Shown: piece by piece, positions 13,421-27,871 of the stretch
Layout: each line of letters begins with the position of its first letter
How positions within the stretch are numbered: the first letter of the stretch is position 1
From: Podarcis filfolensis
Taxonomy: Eukaryota
Strand: one strand, 5' to 3'
NCBI GenBank assembly: GCA_964270895.1
Contig: OZ185437.1
DNA: 64,000 bases
Translations under genes and position numbers: made by a program
The notes under the pieces: generated by a model
What the model saw: only the letters and a program-made list of their open reading frames with translations
Databases searched by the model: none
What the model was told of the DNA's origin: nothing

Positions 13421-13830
13421 ACATAAGAATGTAAAGGAGCCTATTTCGTCCAACACCCTGTTCTCAAAGTGGCCAACCAGAAGCTGATGGGAAATCTGCA
13501 AGCAGGATATGAGAACAAGAGCACTCTCCCCTCCTATGGTTTTCCCTGTGGTTTCCCTTCCTGTGACCTTATCACCTCCAACTGTGAAGGCAAAACATAG
13601 GCATCATGAATATGTTATGTCTAATCCTCTTTAGTTCCACAGTTTAGCTATGTGCTGCATGAAGAACTTTCTTTTATCTGTCCTCAATCTTCCAACATTC
13701 AGCTTCACTGGGTGTCCATGAATTCTAGTGTTGTGACAGAGGGATAAAAACTTTTCTCTATTTATTTCCCCCAGGCCATGCATAATTGTATAAACTTTTA
13801 ACATGTCACCTTTACACTTTAGCCAAGGAT
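13421..13830 (-). mobile_element. CR1 LINE 3' fragment
   Basis: ORF 13631..13891 contains GDMLKVYTIMHG...HNTRIHGHPVKL...RTDKRKFF...KLWN, the CR1 ORF2 C-terminus. Reversed ATTCTTATGT tail. Confidence 0.88.
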
Positions 13831-14007
13831 ATGTAAAGTGCATATGAGAAAAGAATCTATATATGGTAATCTGCCTATTTTGCAGAACCAATGAAGTGTT
13901 TAAAATATCCTCATCAGAAATAATTTAATTGAAAACATTAAATCTGCTAAGAGAGTATTTGATTCATTAAACGAATAACGCTGCTAACCAATGAACAGAA
14001 GAGATAC

Positions 14008-14603
14008 CTTTTCGTATTGCTTCCAGAAGGACACTTCTGGCATCGCTGATGACAGGTAGTGTTGATGGGTGACGCTTGGGTTCAGGAGCAGGAGTGACTT
14101 GTGAAGGTGGTGATGGAGGCATTATTGGAACGTGAGCCCCAGGGGCAACAGATGTGGGAGTGTGGGAGAGTGCTGTAACAGGTGATGAGGGTCGGATGCC
14201 AGGAGGTGGCAATGGAGGAGGAGGAGGTGGTGGAGGAAGTCCTTGCATTTCGCCCTGTGGAACTGGAATGGCTTCACAGACTTGGGCCGCTCTGGTGACG
14301 GGAGGAGAGGGTTGTGCCAAAGGAGGTGCAATTGGAGGAGGAGCAGGGTGAAGCACTCCAGGAGCAATCTGGAGAGGAGCTGGGGGCGGAGGCACAGCTG
14401 GAGCTTGCAAAACAGCTGTTGGAGGGGGTGGAGGCGGCGGCACTGGAGGTGGTGGAGTGGAAGTCATTGCAGATCTTAATGAAGAAGTTGACAAGGCGGA
14501 TGGAAGGGGTGGTGGTGGTGGAGGAGGAGTAGGACTCACAAACACTGGTGTTCTGCCAGTAGCAGGTGACTGAGGACGATTTTCAGTCAAACCTGTGGTA
14601 GAG
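14008..14603 (-). CDS. WASF1: WASF1 coding exon 7, proline-rich region through the start of the WH2/V domain
   Basis: Lies inside ORF 13967..14653. Acceptor atttcAG, donor GTATCT, 596 nt. Contains polyproline tracts and [13 protein letters not shown]. Confidence 0.97.
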
Positions 14604-14879
14604 CTGAAATGAAAAACACTCCAAGTGATTACTATAAGAGTGAAAGCTAGCATTTATATTTAACTTTCAATTAAACTCCAGTAATAAGGCTATTGCAGAT
14701 ATATTTTTGCACAAGCGTGCTAAAGGGTACCATAGTTTAGTCATTTACTACAAGCTTTTACTACACAAACAATGTAACAACAACACTGCATTATTTACGC
14801 TTTCACTTTTTGAGAATGTTCCATAAATTCTGTCATATGGCCAGTGCTAGACTGAAACCAACTTGAAATACCCTTAAAG

Positions 14880-15018
14880 CAGGGGTGAGGGATCTGTGGT
14901 CCTCTTTATGGTATTAGACTGCAATTCCCATTATTCCTGACCATTGGCCAAGGTGGTTGCAGCTGGTGAGAGTTGGAGTCCCAACAACATCTGGAGTGCT
15001 ATAGGTTCCCCACACCTG
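14880..15018. mobile_element. Palindromic hAT-type MITE (decayed)
   Basis: caggggtgaggga ... ttccccacacctg termini. Same foldback family as 44556-44691. Flanked by degenerate tttaaag. Confidence 0.6.
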
Positions 15019-15593
15019 CTTTTAAAGCATAGCATGAAAGCACTTTAGAACTGGGAACTAGTATTAAACTTATCTCTAATCATGTTAACAAACTGACAAC
15101 TACATTTTGGAATGTGTTCATTTCTTGAAGCCTATGTCTCAAGCCAGGTCCCCACATGGCTAATACTGTGTGAGCTGAAGCAGGGTATTTTCCTTACCTT
15201 ATTTTCAAAAATTAGTGCCTGTGTCCTGCACTGGAAAACACTCTAAAACTCATATAAAGTTGTGTTTGAAGTCTGTTTTTTAGACCTACGCTTTAGAGTG
15301 TTTTGTACTGAACGAGATAGTACTTTAAAAGACACTTCGAAAAACTGATTTTTGGTTTTTTTAAAATGTAAGTTTTCTTTCAGTAATAATATAACAAAAC
15401 TGAAATCTCAATGTTAAGTTCTGTATTTATTATAGTACAGTATATCGAAGTATTTGGCAAACAAGCATTCAATGCCTTTTAGTTCCTTGATAGGTTGATT
15501 TGCCTATAGCCAAGACCTGTGGTGTCAATCTTTCCCCCACTTTGTCAGTTTAATGAAAAGGTGTCCTGAATTAGTATTTTAAGTGTTTCATAC

Positions 15594-15773
15594 CTGACAC
15601 AGGGTGGAATGGGTTTCACATCTCCTGCTCCATGCATTGGTGGAGGTGGGGGTGGCTCATGTGGCCTGACTAAGACACGTTCCTCTGCTCTACTCAGCAA
15701 TTCAGTCATCTGGCTGTATGGCAATGCAGAAAGAGAATAGGGTCCATCCATGTGTTCCACATATGCCTGAGGT
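15594..15773 (-). CDS. WASF1: WASF1 coding exon 6 ([59 protein letters not shown])
   Basis: Lies inside ORF 15545..15793. Acceptor ttttcAG, donor GTATGA, 180 nt. Confidence 0.97.
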
Positions 15774-16176
15774 CTGAAAATATATAAATCCACTTACAAA
15801 TTGTATATGCTAATTTTGCATCCTGTCTATAGCCCTATTAGTTTCAAGAACCTCAAAAGAATGAAGACAGTCCTTCTGAAAGTTTGTATGGGGTTAAGAC
15901 CAAAGACAGAAACAGTACAAAATGATCAGTAGAACATGACAAACTAGGTTACACAAGGTAGCACTGCAAGTATAAAGGAAGCACTTCGCAAGCATTTAGC
16001 GAATATTTTTTGCTTACGTTACTCTGTAACAATCTTTGTATGTTAACAGAGTATACAAATAACAGTAAATAATGTAAATGGTAGGTTGAGTTCTTCTAAT
16101 CGCAAAGTAGAAAGCAAATAAAGGGGATTTCTGGTTCTCTGAAACATAGAGGCAATAGGAGGACAAAGGCTTAGAC

Positions 16177-16361
16177 CAGGCATGTCCAAAGTCTGGTTCA
16201 GGGGCCTAATATGGCCCCTGTGGCAGTTTATTTCCTGGGGTAAATCCTAAAAAAGCCTGAACAACTTCAATCCTTAAAAAAGGTCAACAACTTTGGTTGG
16301 CCCCCACAGCCCTTCACCTCATCAAATCTGGCCCTCTTTGAAAAAAGTTTGGACACCACTG
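16177..16361. mobile_element. hAT (Charlie-like) MITE with a perfect 8-bp TSD
   Basis: TIRs caggcatgtccaaa / tttggacaccactg. GCTTAGAC is duplicated at 16169-16176 and 16362-16369. Confidence 0.85.
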
Positions 16362-16769
16362 GCTTAGACACTGAAGGAGGAACAGCTGAACAATGGAGGG
16401 ATCACAACAGCAGTAGGAGTGTAGAGGGCAGAGTGGCAACCACTGGTAGTTGGGAGGTGGTCTGTAGAACCAGCATAAAAACAGCATGTGTACAGCCAAA
16501 TATATAAATGGGTATAGTAGGAATGTGTTGTCATAATAGGCCTCAGGTGATTATGTGGCTCAAAAATCCAAGCAGACAATAAATGAAAAAAAATCTGCTA
16601 GGTCAGGAGAGGAATACAATTTGATGTGATGGATAGCACCAACTCATGAGCATTTTGCCTACGATATCGAAAGTTCAAACAATGGCCTCAAGTTTTCTAA
16701 ATTCTATGAAAAATTATATTACAAACTGGCCAGTCCTTATGTTTTTATAACTAATATACAAAATAATTA

Positions 16770-16973
<204 letters not shown>

Positions 16974-18085
16974 CTACAAAATAGCACAAAAAATAAATTG
17001 ACAACTGCTCTTCCTGGCAAACTATAATACAATCTGTTATAACACCAACAAAATTACTTAATTATAGGACAAATACAAAATTCAAAATAGATCAGTAAGG
17101 CTTATCACTACAACTGATTCAAACAAGAGAATGGATTACCTGAGTGTTTTTTCTTAAAAAAATTAATACACTTCAAAAACATACACGAATGAAGAAAGAA
17201 AGAAAGAAAATTAAATCCAAACACATATACAAATCTTTTTTGAGGGTTTTTTCTACAATCCAGTGACACATAAATTTTATGAAATAAATAAATAAATAAA
17301 ATACCTGGAAAAAAATAATTACTGGTGCAGTGACATCTTTTAAAACATTTGCTTTATTTATAAATACCAGGATATTGTCCTTAGTCTCATGATATGCTCA
17401 CTTAAAGCTGAAAAGTTACTAAGAACGCAGTAGCATATTTCACAGGAGTTTGAACTTTGTTATCATTAATACTATATATAAAATAAAAATCTGCCACATA
17501 GCTGAAAGTAAATCTTTTTTGTTTGTCCTCTAGTATACCTTAATTTATGAGTTAATTTTTCAGCAATAGCAATGGACCAGATTTGACTATACCATATTAA
17601 ATCTTGATTTAATCCTTCTAAATATTTCTATTTCCCATCTTGGCAGCTAACACGAGAATGGGGAACAACCTCTGCCCGACACTAGGGAAACTGCTTCCAG
17701 ACTGGGTTGAGATTACTAGGCTATATCTCAGCAGCATCTTTTCTTTTCTTTTGTAAAGTAGCAGCATCTTTTCTCTTCCTGTGTTTAGACGGTCTTTGAT
17801 AATTTCTCCCATTCAGAAGGCTTTTATGGATGCTTTTTATTTGTGTTATTCTGCCTCCTGGATTTTTATGACAGCATGTTTGATTTTAATGATTGTTTTA
17901 TTGTGGTTTGTCTTGCTTTGTTGGTTGCTTTGGTCAATTTTAGTTTAAAAAAAGGAGAAGCAAATGATTGGAATAAAACCAATAAAATATAGCGCAAATC
18001 TGAAAAATTTGTTCTATTCATGTGATGTTAAATTTTCTTAATAGCAGGGCATCCTTCAGGACCACGTAACGTAACTCATTTCCTA

Positions 18086-18232
<147 letters not shown>

Positions 18233-18969
18233 TTATTAGATAAAACATGTTACTAAATAAATATAAAATATGGTATGCACAGCATGTAACAGCAAAAGGG
18301 AGACTGCTGAACCCTCACCTCCCAATTATGGAAAGAAAATCCTAACAATTTGAAGGGTATGAGGTTTATATAATTTTCATTATATAAAGTGAACAATAAG
18401 AGAAATTGATTGATTGTTCTTAGGGGGATGGCACAAACAAATAGTATATGGAAGAGAGGAGGGAAAATGAAGTTTTCTACATGTACCAAAAAAGAAAAGA
18501 CATGGAGAGGTAGAACAAGTGTGTGTACACAAATTCAAGTTGAGAGTGGATCTTGGGAAGGAAGGGAGATAAGGAAGCTGCCATGGAGTGGGGGAGAGAA
18601 GACCAGGTCCCACCAGGCTTTTTCAGCTGGACTCTGCTCTTTCTTCATTAAAGCAATGAAGAGGAGGCTTCAGTCACCACCCATCCATCTGGGAGAAGGG
18701 TGAAGAGGCCTTCCCTCTAACTACAACCAACCGGGCAGCTCGATTACCCCACTGCATCCAATCAGCTGGCTGCATTACCCAATGCATTCTTATGGCCTTT
18801 TGAATTGCTGGGCTATGTCAGTGCTGCAGCAGGACTAGTTTGCCCATCCAATGCATTTGGTTGGGGTCCTGGAAGGAAGAGTAGCCAATGGGTCTCTGGG
18901 TCCCTCTGGGCTGCAAGTCAGTGCCCCATCTGAGGGCTCCAGCACTGGGCTTGAAAATGCACTCTGCAC

Positions 18970-19045
18970 AGAAGTAATAGAATGGTTCAGTTGGAAGGGA
19001 CCCTGGGGGTCATCTTGTCCAACCTCCTACCATTCAGGAATCTCA
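18970..19045 (-). mobile_element. CR1-type / Squam3-like tail fragment
   Basis: agaatggttcagttggaagggaccctgggggtcatcttgtccaacc is the reverse of the tail at 4380 and 49740. Confidence 0.55.
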
Positions 19046-19090
19046 TCATGCAGTCCCTCATCCAATTTGAAGCTGTACCAGACCCTCTTT

Positions 19091-19443
19091 AAAGTAAAGG
19101 GACCCCTGACCATTAGGTCCAGTCATGGCCGACTCTGGGGTTGCGGCGCTCATCTCACTTTATTGGCCAAGGAAGTCGGCGTACAGCTTCCGAGTCATGT
19201 GGCCAGCATGACGAACCATCTGCTTCTGGCGAACCAGAGCAGTGCACGGAAACTCCGTTTACCTTCCCACCGAAGCGGTACCTATTTATCTACCTGCACT
19301 TTGACATGCTTTCGAACTGCTAGGTTGGCAGGAGCAGGGACCGAGCAACGGGAGCTCACCCCGTCATGGGGATTCGAACCGCCAACCTTCTGATCGGCAA
19401 GTCCTAGGCTCTGTGGTTTAACCCACAGCGCCACCCGTGTCCC
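19091..19443 (-). mobile_element. Sauria SINE
   Basis: Complete reverse copy. ccctcttta is repeated at both junctions (19083-19091 and 19441-19449). Confidence 0.92.
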
Positions 19444-19913
19444 TCTTTAGCTCTGCAAATATGCTAGCAGTTTTATTGCATTTTAAATAAAATGTTACAG
19501 GCCGTAGCCCTGATAACAGGTTCCTGTGCAGTACTGTATCACAAACAAAACCCTCAACAACATCACTTTTCCTCTACAATGTGGGCTGAGTATTTGTAGG
19601 GCTGTGGACAAGATTAAAGTACGAGGCTAGAAGACAATACCCATCATACCTGATATTTACATGAATGCTAGGAATTTAGTTGAACCACTAGTACGATTTC
19701 ACAGTGAAGAAGACAACAGTTATGCATTCTCAGGGACTGTGTCATCACAATTAATGGAACATGCAAAAAGTAATCTTAGAATGATTAGCTGCCCTAGTAA
19801 AAACTGCCCTAGTAAAAATAAGAATTGAGCTACACAAATCTCCAGTTCCCACATTAAACTCATTTACTTGATTAGAGGGTTCTTACTTATCACTAGTAAA
19901 GTTTGAGAAATTA

Positions 19914-20309
<396 letters not shown>

Positions 20310-21196
20310 TCAATATGTGCACGACTGCACATACATGCATTGGCCCGAACCTGGTAGTGACTCAAAAATGATATGAAAAGGGGCAGAATGGGATTGGCGC
20401 AGAACGGTTTTTTTGCAGGCTTTTTCAATGGTGTTTCAAATGTACACAATTTCACTGACGCATGCAGTGAATCAGAACACAACCCCCACATAAATGGGGG
20501 GTTGCCTGTATTTAAATATATATGCATAATTTGGAGTAGCAAAGCAATGAGCATTACTCCCATATTACTAGTCATGTCTTTAAAGGCAATTTGAACAGAA
20601 CTGAGGACATCCTTTGAAGGTACTTTTCTGCAGTGTCTTGTGGAACACCATGATCTTCATAGCACAGGATGAGTAGATGGTAGGGCTAAAAAAATTTTGG
20701 TGCCTGATAACAACACACTAACACTGAATCTATAGATTTAGAGACTGCTACTGACAACATCAGGATGTTTTTTAATAAATGGGCTGACAAAAGCCTATGT
20801 CTGAAAAAAAAAAGTTAAAATGACTGTTTAGATTTTATATGAGCAGTCTAAGCACTTCAATCATGCAAAATATTCCTTGTCTGGCTATGTCTATCTTCAG
20901 GATGACTGACTATGATTATATATCAACTGGTCTTGCTTACTGTTTAATTTTTATCCCTTCCGATTCCTTTGGGCAGATAACAATACTTTGGACATCAAAA
21001 TAACACTCTGTTTGCACTTTCAGCAAATTGCCTCTACAGCTAAAGCTAAGTAATCTGTCTGGAAGCACCTTTATAGGAATTAGCTTCTCAGCTTTTACAA
21101 TAAGAAAATTGCCTTCTAGACTTCATCTTACTATCTTACTTCACTTACTATGCTGTTTTTACAACTATGCTGCATTTTAGAGAAGGTTCTTCAGTA

Positions 21197-21433
21197 CAGT
21201 GGTACCTCTGGTTACAAACTTATTTTCTTCCAGAAGTCCGTTCTTAAGCCTAAACTGTTCTTAACATGAGGCGCGCTTTCGCTAATGGGGCCTCCTGCTG
21301 CCGCCGCCAGCTTACAACTTACACTCACATCCAGGGGCAAAGTTCGCAACTAGGGACATCTACTTCCAGGTTAGCGGAGCTTGTTACCCAAAGCATTCAT
21401 AAGGAGGACAGTATGGAACCCGAGGTTCCACTG
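21197..21433. mobile_element. Tc1/mariner-superfamily (pogo/Tigger-like) MITE
   Basis: TIRs CAGTGGTACCTC / GAGGTTCCACTG with TA on both sides. Confidence 0.85.
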
Positions 21434-21487
21434 TATTTTCTTTCAGCCTAGCCTCCATTGTTCCATTTGCATCCTCCTTGACATATT

Positions 21488-21830
21488 AAAAGTAAAGGGA
21501 CCCCTGACCATTAGGTCCAATCATGACTGACTCTGGTTACAGCGCTCATCTCGCTTTATTGGCCGAGGGAGCTGGCGTACAGCTTCCGGGTCATGTGGCC
21601 AGCATGACTAAGCTGCTTCTGGCAAACCATAGCAGCACACGGAAATGCCATTTACCTTCCTGCTAGAGCGGTACTTATTTATCTACTTGCACTTTGATGT
21701 GCTTTCGAACTGCTAGGTTGGCAGGAGCAGGGACCGAGCAACGAGAGCTCATCCCATCATGGGGATTCGAACCACCGACCTTCTGATCGGCAAGTCCTAG
21801 GCTCTGTGGTTTAACCCACAGCGCCACCCG
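21488..21830 (-). mobile_element. Sauria SINE
   Basis: Colinear with the copies at 19091 and 42641. Confidence 0.92.
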
Positions 21831-23879
21831 CTACTGCTAAATTATAGCCTTCTGTACCAACTTTACTAAGAAGTTGCTATCTTGTAAGCTTTTAAAACTG
21901 TTTTTTCCCTAGTTCCCTTTCTATCACTTCATCCATGTCATTTCTCCAGCTTTCCATTACAAGAGACTTCTTCAGGCTTGGTTCAAAGGATCATGTGAAT
22001 TCTGGTGAGCCTTAGACTCATGTACTGCCCCCTCTTTGCATGTTTCACCTGAATTCTATACCTTAACAGATTCTCTGTTTACATTTTTCTTTGGTAGTTT
22101 ATAATCTCATTAAGGTGATTTAGGCCTCTGGCAGGTTTTAACTGAGTGCCAGTTGCCTTCTGACATGAACAGGCAAGACTACAAGCTATGAGGGTTCTGT
22201 GGATCTATGCTAACAGAAGTCTTGCACTACAGGTTCATAAATTGGTAATTGTTTTGGCTAATTTTATTCCATTTTCATTTACTTTACACAGAACTAATTT
22301 TATAAACTCTAATATCCCTCTAGCAATCCTTAAAACTTTGAATCAAATTGACAAATAACCGCAATAATAAATTAAGATTTCCATATTGATTTTACATCCT
22401 ATTTACTAAGCAACGATTTTTACAACTGTCTGCCCCATTTTTAAACTGACTTCATACTCTGGTTCCCGTTTTTATCATGTTTACTTAGGCTTCATCGCTC
22501 TTGAGATTCTTTACTTGTACATAACATCTGTTATAAAACTGCACATAATTCTACATACAAAAATGCTTAAATACACAGACATAATTTTGATCAAATATTT
22601 AGCCAAATATGAAAACTGTCAGACATTTGACTCATAAATATTCTATATATTTTAATCAATCTTTTGGCAGCCATAGTTTTGTCATTCAGCTTCCTCCTCT
22701 CATCAATATTATAGTCCTACATTGTTATACCTTTACCTACAATGAGCACATCATAATAGCATCTCTTTCTCTACCTTAATTTATTTGCACAAACTTATAT
22801 GGAAGTACTATTTTAATTCATCATTTAAATCAATTCAATCCAAACTAGGTGAAATTCAATCCATAGCAATTTGAAAATTATTCCCCGCCTGCCCACCCGC
22901 CTAAGGAAATGCTGTCTAGTGGAGTAAAATGAATAAAAAGTATTTGGATAGGAGGCAGGAAATAACACTATGAATCATGAATTTTCAATTTCTACTTGAC
23001 TGTGAAAGATGTTGACAGAGAAGAGCACAAGTCTCTGAAAGAAAAATAGATGAATACAAAAAGTCACTCTTTTATTGGAATACACAATTCAACCAATTCC
23101 AATGATATATTAATCCAGTGGCAACCCAACCATTACTTTGGTGTGGATTAAATAATGTAGATTTGATTGGTGATAGATTTGGAGTTCCACTTCAGATAAT
23201 TTATTTATGGAATTTTGGCTTTTGCTGCTGCTTTTTTGTTTTCACTTTTTGGGAAGAAGGGTTCTGCAGCATGGCTACCATCACACTTTTGGGGTTACCC
23301 TGGGCACATCTGACTTCCACAAGGCAGTTCCGGTTTTGCACAGACACATCTGCACCCCTGGGGGCTTAAAAATGTTAGATGCCATTTTTTGAGCCCCAGT
23401 CTGAAGCACTGATAGTTGTGCTGAGCTCCCTACTTGCTCTCACTTTGCCCATGTTCTCTGGAAGGGGAAGCTGTTCTTTTTTAAGGAGAGTTGGTCATGC
23501 TTTTGAATTCAACTGATGTACCTGAAGACTAGAGAAGAACATGCTTATGGCAGCACTCCTTTTGATAACCCTATCACTTATCAACATGGAAGGAGTCAGA
23601 ACTTGTGGCTGGTTTTAGAAGTGGTTAATCAATTGATGAAATTACCAATTAATACAGTTTTGCAGTCCATGTTGAAGTAGTTTTGAGTTTGGGAGTGGGT
23701 AATCACAACACACAATTCACTGGATGCATTTGATTTAAATGGAGTAGTCAATTACATAATTAATTATTGGAGTTCAGAGATCAACGTGAGCTTGACATCA
23801 ATTAGTAAGAGAAGAGATCCAGCCCAGTATTTAACTTTGAGTACTGTAGTTAAAATGGATATAGGACTGAGGAATAAGA

Positions 23880-24093
23880 CCAGGTTACATACGCTTCAGG
23901 TTACAGACTCCGCTAACCCAGAAATAGTACCTCGGGTTAAGAACTTTGCTTCAGGATGAGAACAGAAATCGTGCTCCGGTGGTGCGGCGGCAGCAGGAGG
24001 TCCCATTAGCTAAAGTGGTGCTTCAGGTTAAGAAGTTTCAGGTTAAGAACGGACCTCCGGAACAAATTAAGTACTTAACCCGAGGTACCACTG
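23880..24093. mobile_element. Tigger-like MITE, same family as 21197 in the opposite orientation, left TIR lost
   Basis: Right TIR CGAGGTACCACTG+TA. The interior is the reverse complement of the 21197 element. Confidence 0.8.
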
Positions 24094-24522
24094 TATTTAT
24101 TTAAACATTTTAGGTCATGTTTCAAAGTGAAGTCTCCACAAGGCAGTTTACAAGACATAAAATACAAAACAGTGCCCCAAAATAGTATTTTTGTAGAGAC
24201 TACTTAAAATCCCACAAATTGATAACAAATAACAGTATGAGTGGTGTGTGTGAGAGAGAGAGGGAGGTGGCCAACCCTCTATGTGGTTCTTGGGGTAAAA
24301 GTGGTTAGCTACCCAGCACTAAAGCATGAAATGTCATGATGAAATCCAACTTTAGCTGGAAAGCTGGCATCACTGCTCAGAACAAGTACCTCCAACTTAT
24401 CAACCTGATTTTGGGGAAGTCCAATCTCATTCCAAACAGGCTGCCCTATAACCTTGAAGCAGAGGGCCACCAGCCAACATTATTTCTGATTTGTCTGTCA
24501 GTTTGTTCACCTTCATCTAGAC

Positions 24523-24728
24523 CAGAGCTTTCCAAACTTTTCATGCTGGTGACATACTTTTTAGTCATGCATCATTTCGTGACACAGTAATTCAGTTTTA
24601 CTAGCAAAGCAGAGGTTAAACTAACTCCTTTTCAGCCCGAGGACGAGCGTGGGGAGTGTTTGCACGACACACCTACACACTGCAGCTGACACACTAACGT
24701 GTCATGACACACAGTTTGGAAAGCTCTG
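24523..24728. mobile_element. hAT (Charlie-like) MITE
   Basis: TIRs CAGAGCTTTCCAAACT / AGTTTGGAAAGCTCTG. TSD atctagac / aactagac. Confidence 0.88.
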
Positions 24729-24997
24729 AACTAGACTATCACTGGTGTCAGAGATTCTAAGTGCTGCTAGAATTCAGTAACATTTGGTAGGTCTTTGCTG
24801 AAGCCTCATAAGGCTCCATGAATCAGGAGATCCACAGATTCAGACAACGCCCTGCCAATTTCTGTTAGAATCTCCCTCCCCCAAATATTTTTGTTGTTGT
24901 CTTTTGCATCTCACCCCAGATATGCTCACTACTAATAGCAACTATGGCTGATATGATCCACAAGACCACACATAATATTATTTACATAAAAACTTAC

Positions 24998-25132
24998 GTT
25001 CTTCTTCTTTTGGATCAAGCTGTGTAACACTGATAGATAAACGGTCCACACGTTCTTGCAAAGAGTTCACTCGGAAAGAAAAACTGTGTGCCTCGTTGAA
25101 AAGCTCACCAAATATATCTTCTGCATATTTAC
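24998..25132 (-). CDS. WASF1: WASF1 coding exon 2 ([45 protein letters not shown])
   Basis: Acceptor ctttgcAG, donor GTAAGT, 135 nt. Frame is continuous with both neighbouring exons and the translation is WHD sequence. Confidence 0.97.
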
Positions 25133-27871
25133 CTGCAAAGGAAAGTTTTTTAAAATTAGGGTTAAGAATTTGAACAAGCAGCTAAATTGTTAAATTATTA
25201 TTTGATATAGGGCATTCTTACATAAGCCTGCCTCCCATAATTCTTTGCTCCTGCCTCTGTCATGTGGAGGAATTACCCAATCCAGTGGCTTCATTGTCCA
25301 CCTTAGTAAATCTGTTTATTATCAAAATTTGCCAATTTAAGAAAGTTAAGACATTGCAATTCTCCTTAATAGAAGCTTGACCCTTTTCTTAGGAGTTCAC
25401 ACTTTTTGTTTTATCATCCAGGATATGCCCTATTTCCCTTCTCAATCATTATTACCCGGTGTTCTCCCAGGTGTAACAAGACATCTGATGCTTTATTCCC
25501 ACTGCAGAATTACAGTAATCAGTAGCACTCTAAAAATATGAAATGCACATAAGACAACCATGGAAGGAAGTGTTTAAATATGTATTTGCAAATGAAATAA
25601 AATGGATTCAATGACTACATGATTCAGTTTTGAATCTGGAGTGTTGCCAGTCTTCTGCTGTATCAAAATTAATGCAATTAAGGTTGCCAGAGCAGAGTTT
25701 CCAAAATAAGAAAGTGGCACAGGTCTGTAATGGTTGCTTGCACAGCATTTTGTAATTTTTTTAAACACTGAATGCCATGCAACCTTAAATGCAACTATCT
25801 TGGCCAAGCATTCAGTGTTTTGCTAAGGTCTCAATCATCAATGTTTTACAAACATTTTGATAGAAATCTTTTCTTTCTTTTTATTTAAAATGCACATATA
25901 TGTAACTATAAACCTCAAAAAGATACAATAATATATTTCAAAATGTCACTTCTTGTTTATTTGCCTGAAGAATTTCACTAGGACTTAACAGTTCTCTCTC
26001 TCCCAACAGGCTTTATATTTAAAGCCTGCTACATCCCATGGTTTCATGCAATATAAAAGCTAATTCCTGTCACTGAATGGCTCATAGCTTACACAAAAAA
26101 TTGTACTTCCTTATGAGTTCAAAAAATCCCTTGATCTTTCCCATCATTATTGAGATAATTGTGACTAGGCTTACCAGAGAGCTTGTCCTCTATAAAATCT
26201 CAAATCCTGCAATCCCATTTTATCCTCAAATGCTCACCTTGTAGTATTTTAAGATACAAAACCATATAATGCATTGAAATATACCTGCACATATACTGAA
26301 CGCCTCAGCCGCTGAAACTTGACAGTCCACCAGAGGAACAAAGTTAATGTTTGAAGAAAATGCTCATGCTCCCCTTCTGACAATCTTTCAGGGGGATAGT
26401 TCATAACTGGTATGGTGGTAGTGTGTTAAACACTAGGCCTGCTGGTAATAAAACATCTATCATGTATGTCTTAATCATGGACAAGGGGCCAACCTAGTGG
26501 CCATGGAAGAGGACATTCTCTGTGGCAGCCTTTAAGCTGTGAAATTCTGTCTCCAGAGAAGTGTGCCTGGTGCCTTCATTGTACAGCTTTTGCTGTATGA
26601 AGACACACCTCTTTATCCTGGCCTTTGACACCCTATTGAGATGTAAAATGTTTTAGTTGATTTTATTATTGAACTATTATATTGCTGTATAGTGAAGGGG
26701 GAGAAATAAATCCTAGAAACAAATGGAAGTGCAATTGCTGTTAATACGTTTTAATGTGCTTGCTTTCGCTACTCAGAATGATACATAGATGGAACCACTA
26801 GTGGCTAAAAGCTAGATCTTATCCAGGCCACAGCTACAGTCTCAGTGGTATTTGGCAAAACTCTTAACTAGCAGAAGAATCTGGAATTTGATATTATCTC
26901 TGTACACCTGAAACTCCAGTGATCACCTAATTTAAGACATGATACTCAATGTGGTAATGCAGGGAACAGGGCAGCAGCTCACTGAATAATCCATGTAAGT
27001 AGTAGATTTCTTATGCATGTGCTGGTTATCATCTCTCCCAACTTGGAGAGAACTGAATTAAAGTGGTCACTTTAAAAACAAAACGAAACCATACACAACT
27101 TTTAATTAGTGAGAAACACATGACAGAGCCTTCCCCTAATCTAATACTCAGTCTAATACTCCAGTATAAAAACACCAGATCAGCATATTTGAAAAAAGAG
27201 ATGTATACTCATTTTTTAATTTAAGTCATAATGAACTTCTGGGTCAAGGATCCTGAAGAAGCTGAAGACTTTAATTTATTAGAGAAGCTATGCACGTGCT
27301 ATAGCTCTGCGCTGCTCTCCATTTGGCTGACACAGGATGGAAAATGATAATGTCAGTGGTTAGAATGTACTAGAAATAGTTGCAGTTCAGGCCAGTACTG
27401 CACGCACCATATTCCATCTGATAGCCTTTTGAAGTGGTTACAGCTCAGAGGGAAAAACAATACATTTCAGTAAGATTGCTGTAGGGTTCTAAAGTATTCC
27501 TTCATTTAAAATTAATATAGAAAAGGGGGAAAGCTTTATTGTTTCCTTTTTTCACTTCTGCTACATACATAAAGCAAAGTGTAGTTCAGGGCAATTAACC
27601 TACAGCTATGTTTTAAAAATTATTCTTATTTTGGGAATGAATAAACAAGTTTTTATGAGCATACTTTAGAACATAGGTCACAAGTGAAAGTATTAAATCT
27701 GTGGTATGAAATATTAAATCAGCTTCAATTTTCTACAGGTAAGACTGTAATATTATTTCAGCTTTACCAAACTCTTGCTATCTGGTTAAATAGAGCCATA
27801 GTGTCTTTGTTTTTGCAAAAGATCAGTACAAAAACTGAAATATATAAATGATCAATCATTAAATGTGCTAC

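Noticed and set aside
13967-14653. 228-aa ORF as a standalone gene, and the antisense Gly/Glu-rich ORFs at 14122-14532
   Set aside because: This is WASF1 exon 7 plus intronic read-through. The antisense ORFs are shadows of proline codons.
19789-19819. Short local tandem duplications (ctgccctagtaaaaa twice; similar cases near 28400, 45300 and 58373)
   Set aside because: Ordinary replication-slippage duplications.
21197-24093. Inverted pair of same-family MITEs as a driver of circRNA back-splicing
   Set aside because: No WASF1 exon lies between the two copies, and they are diverged.
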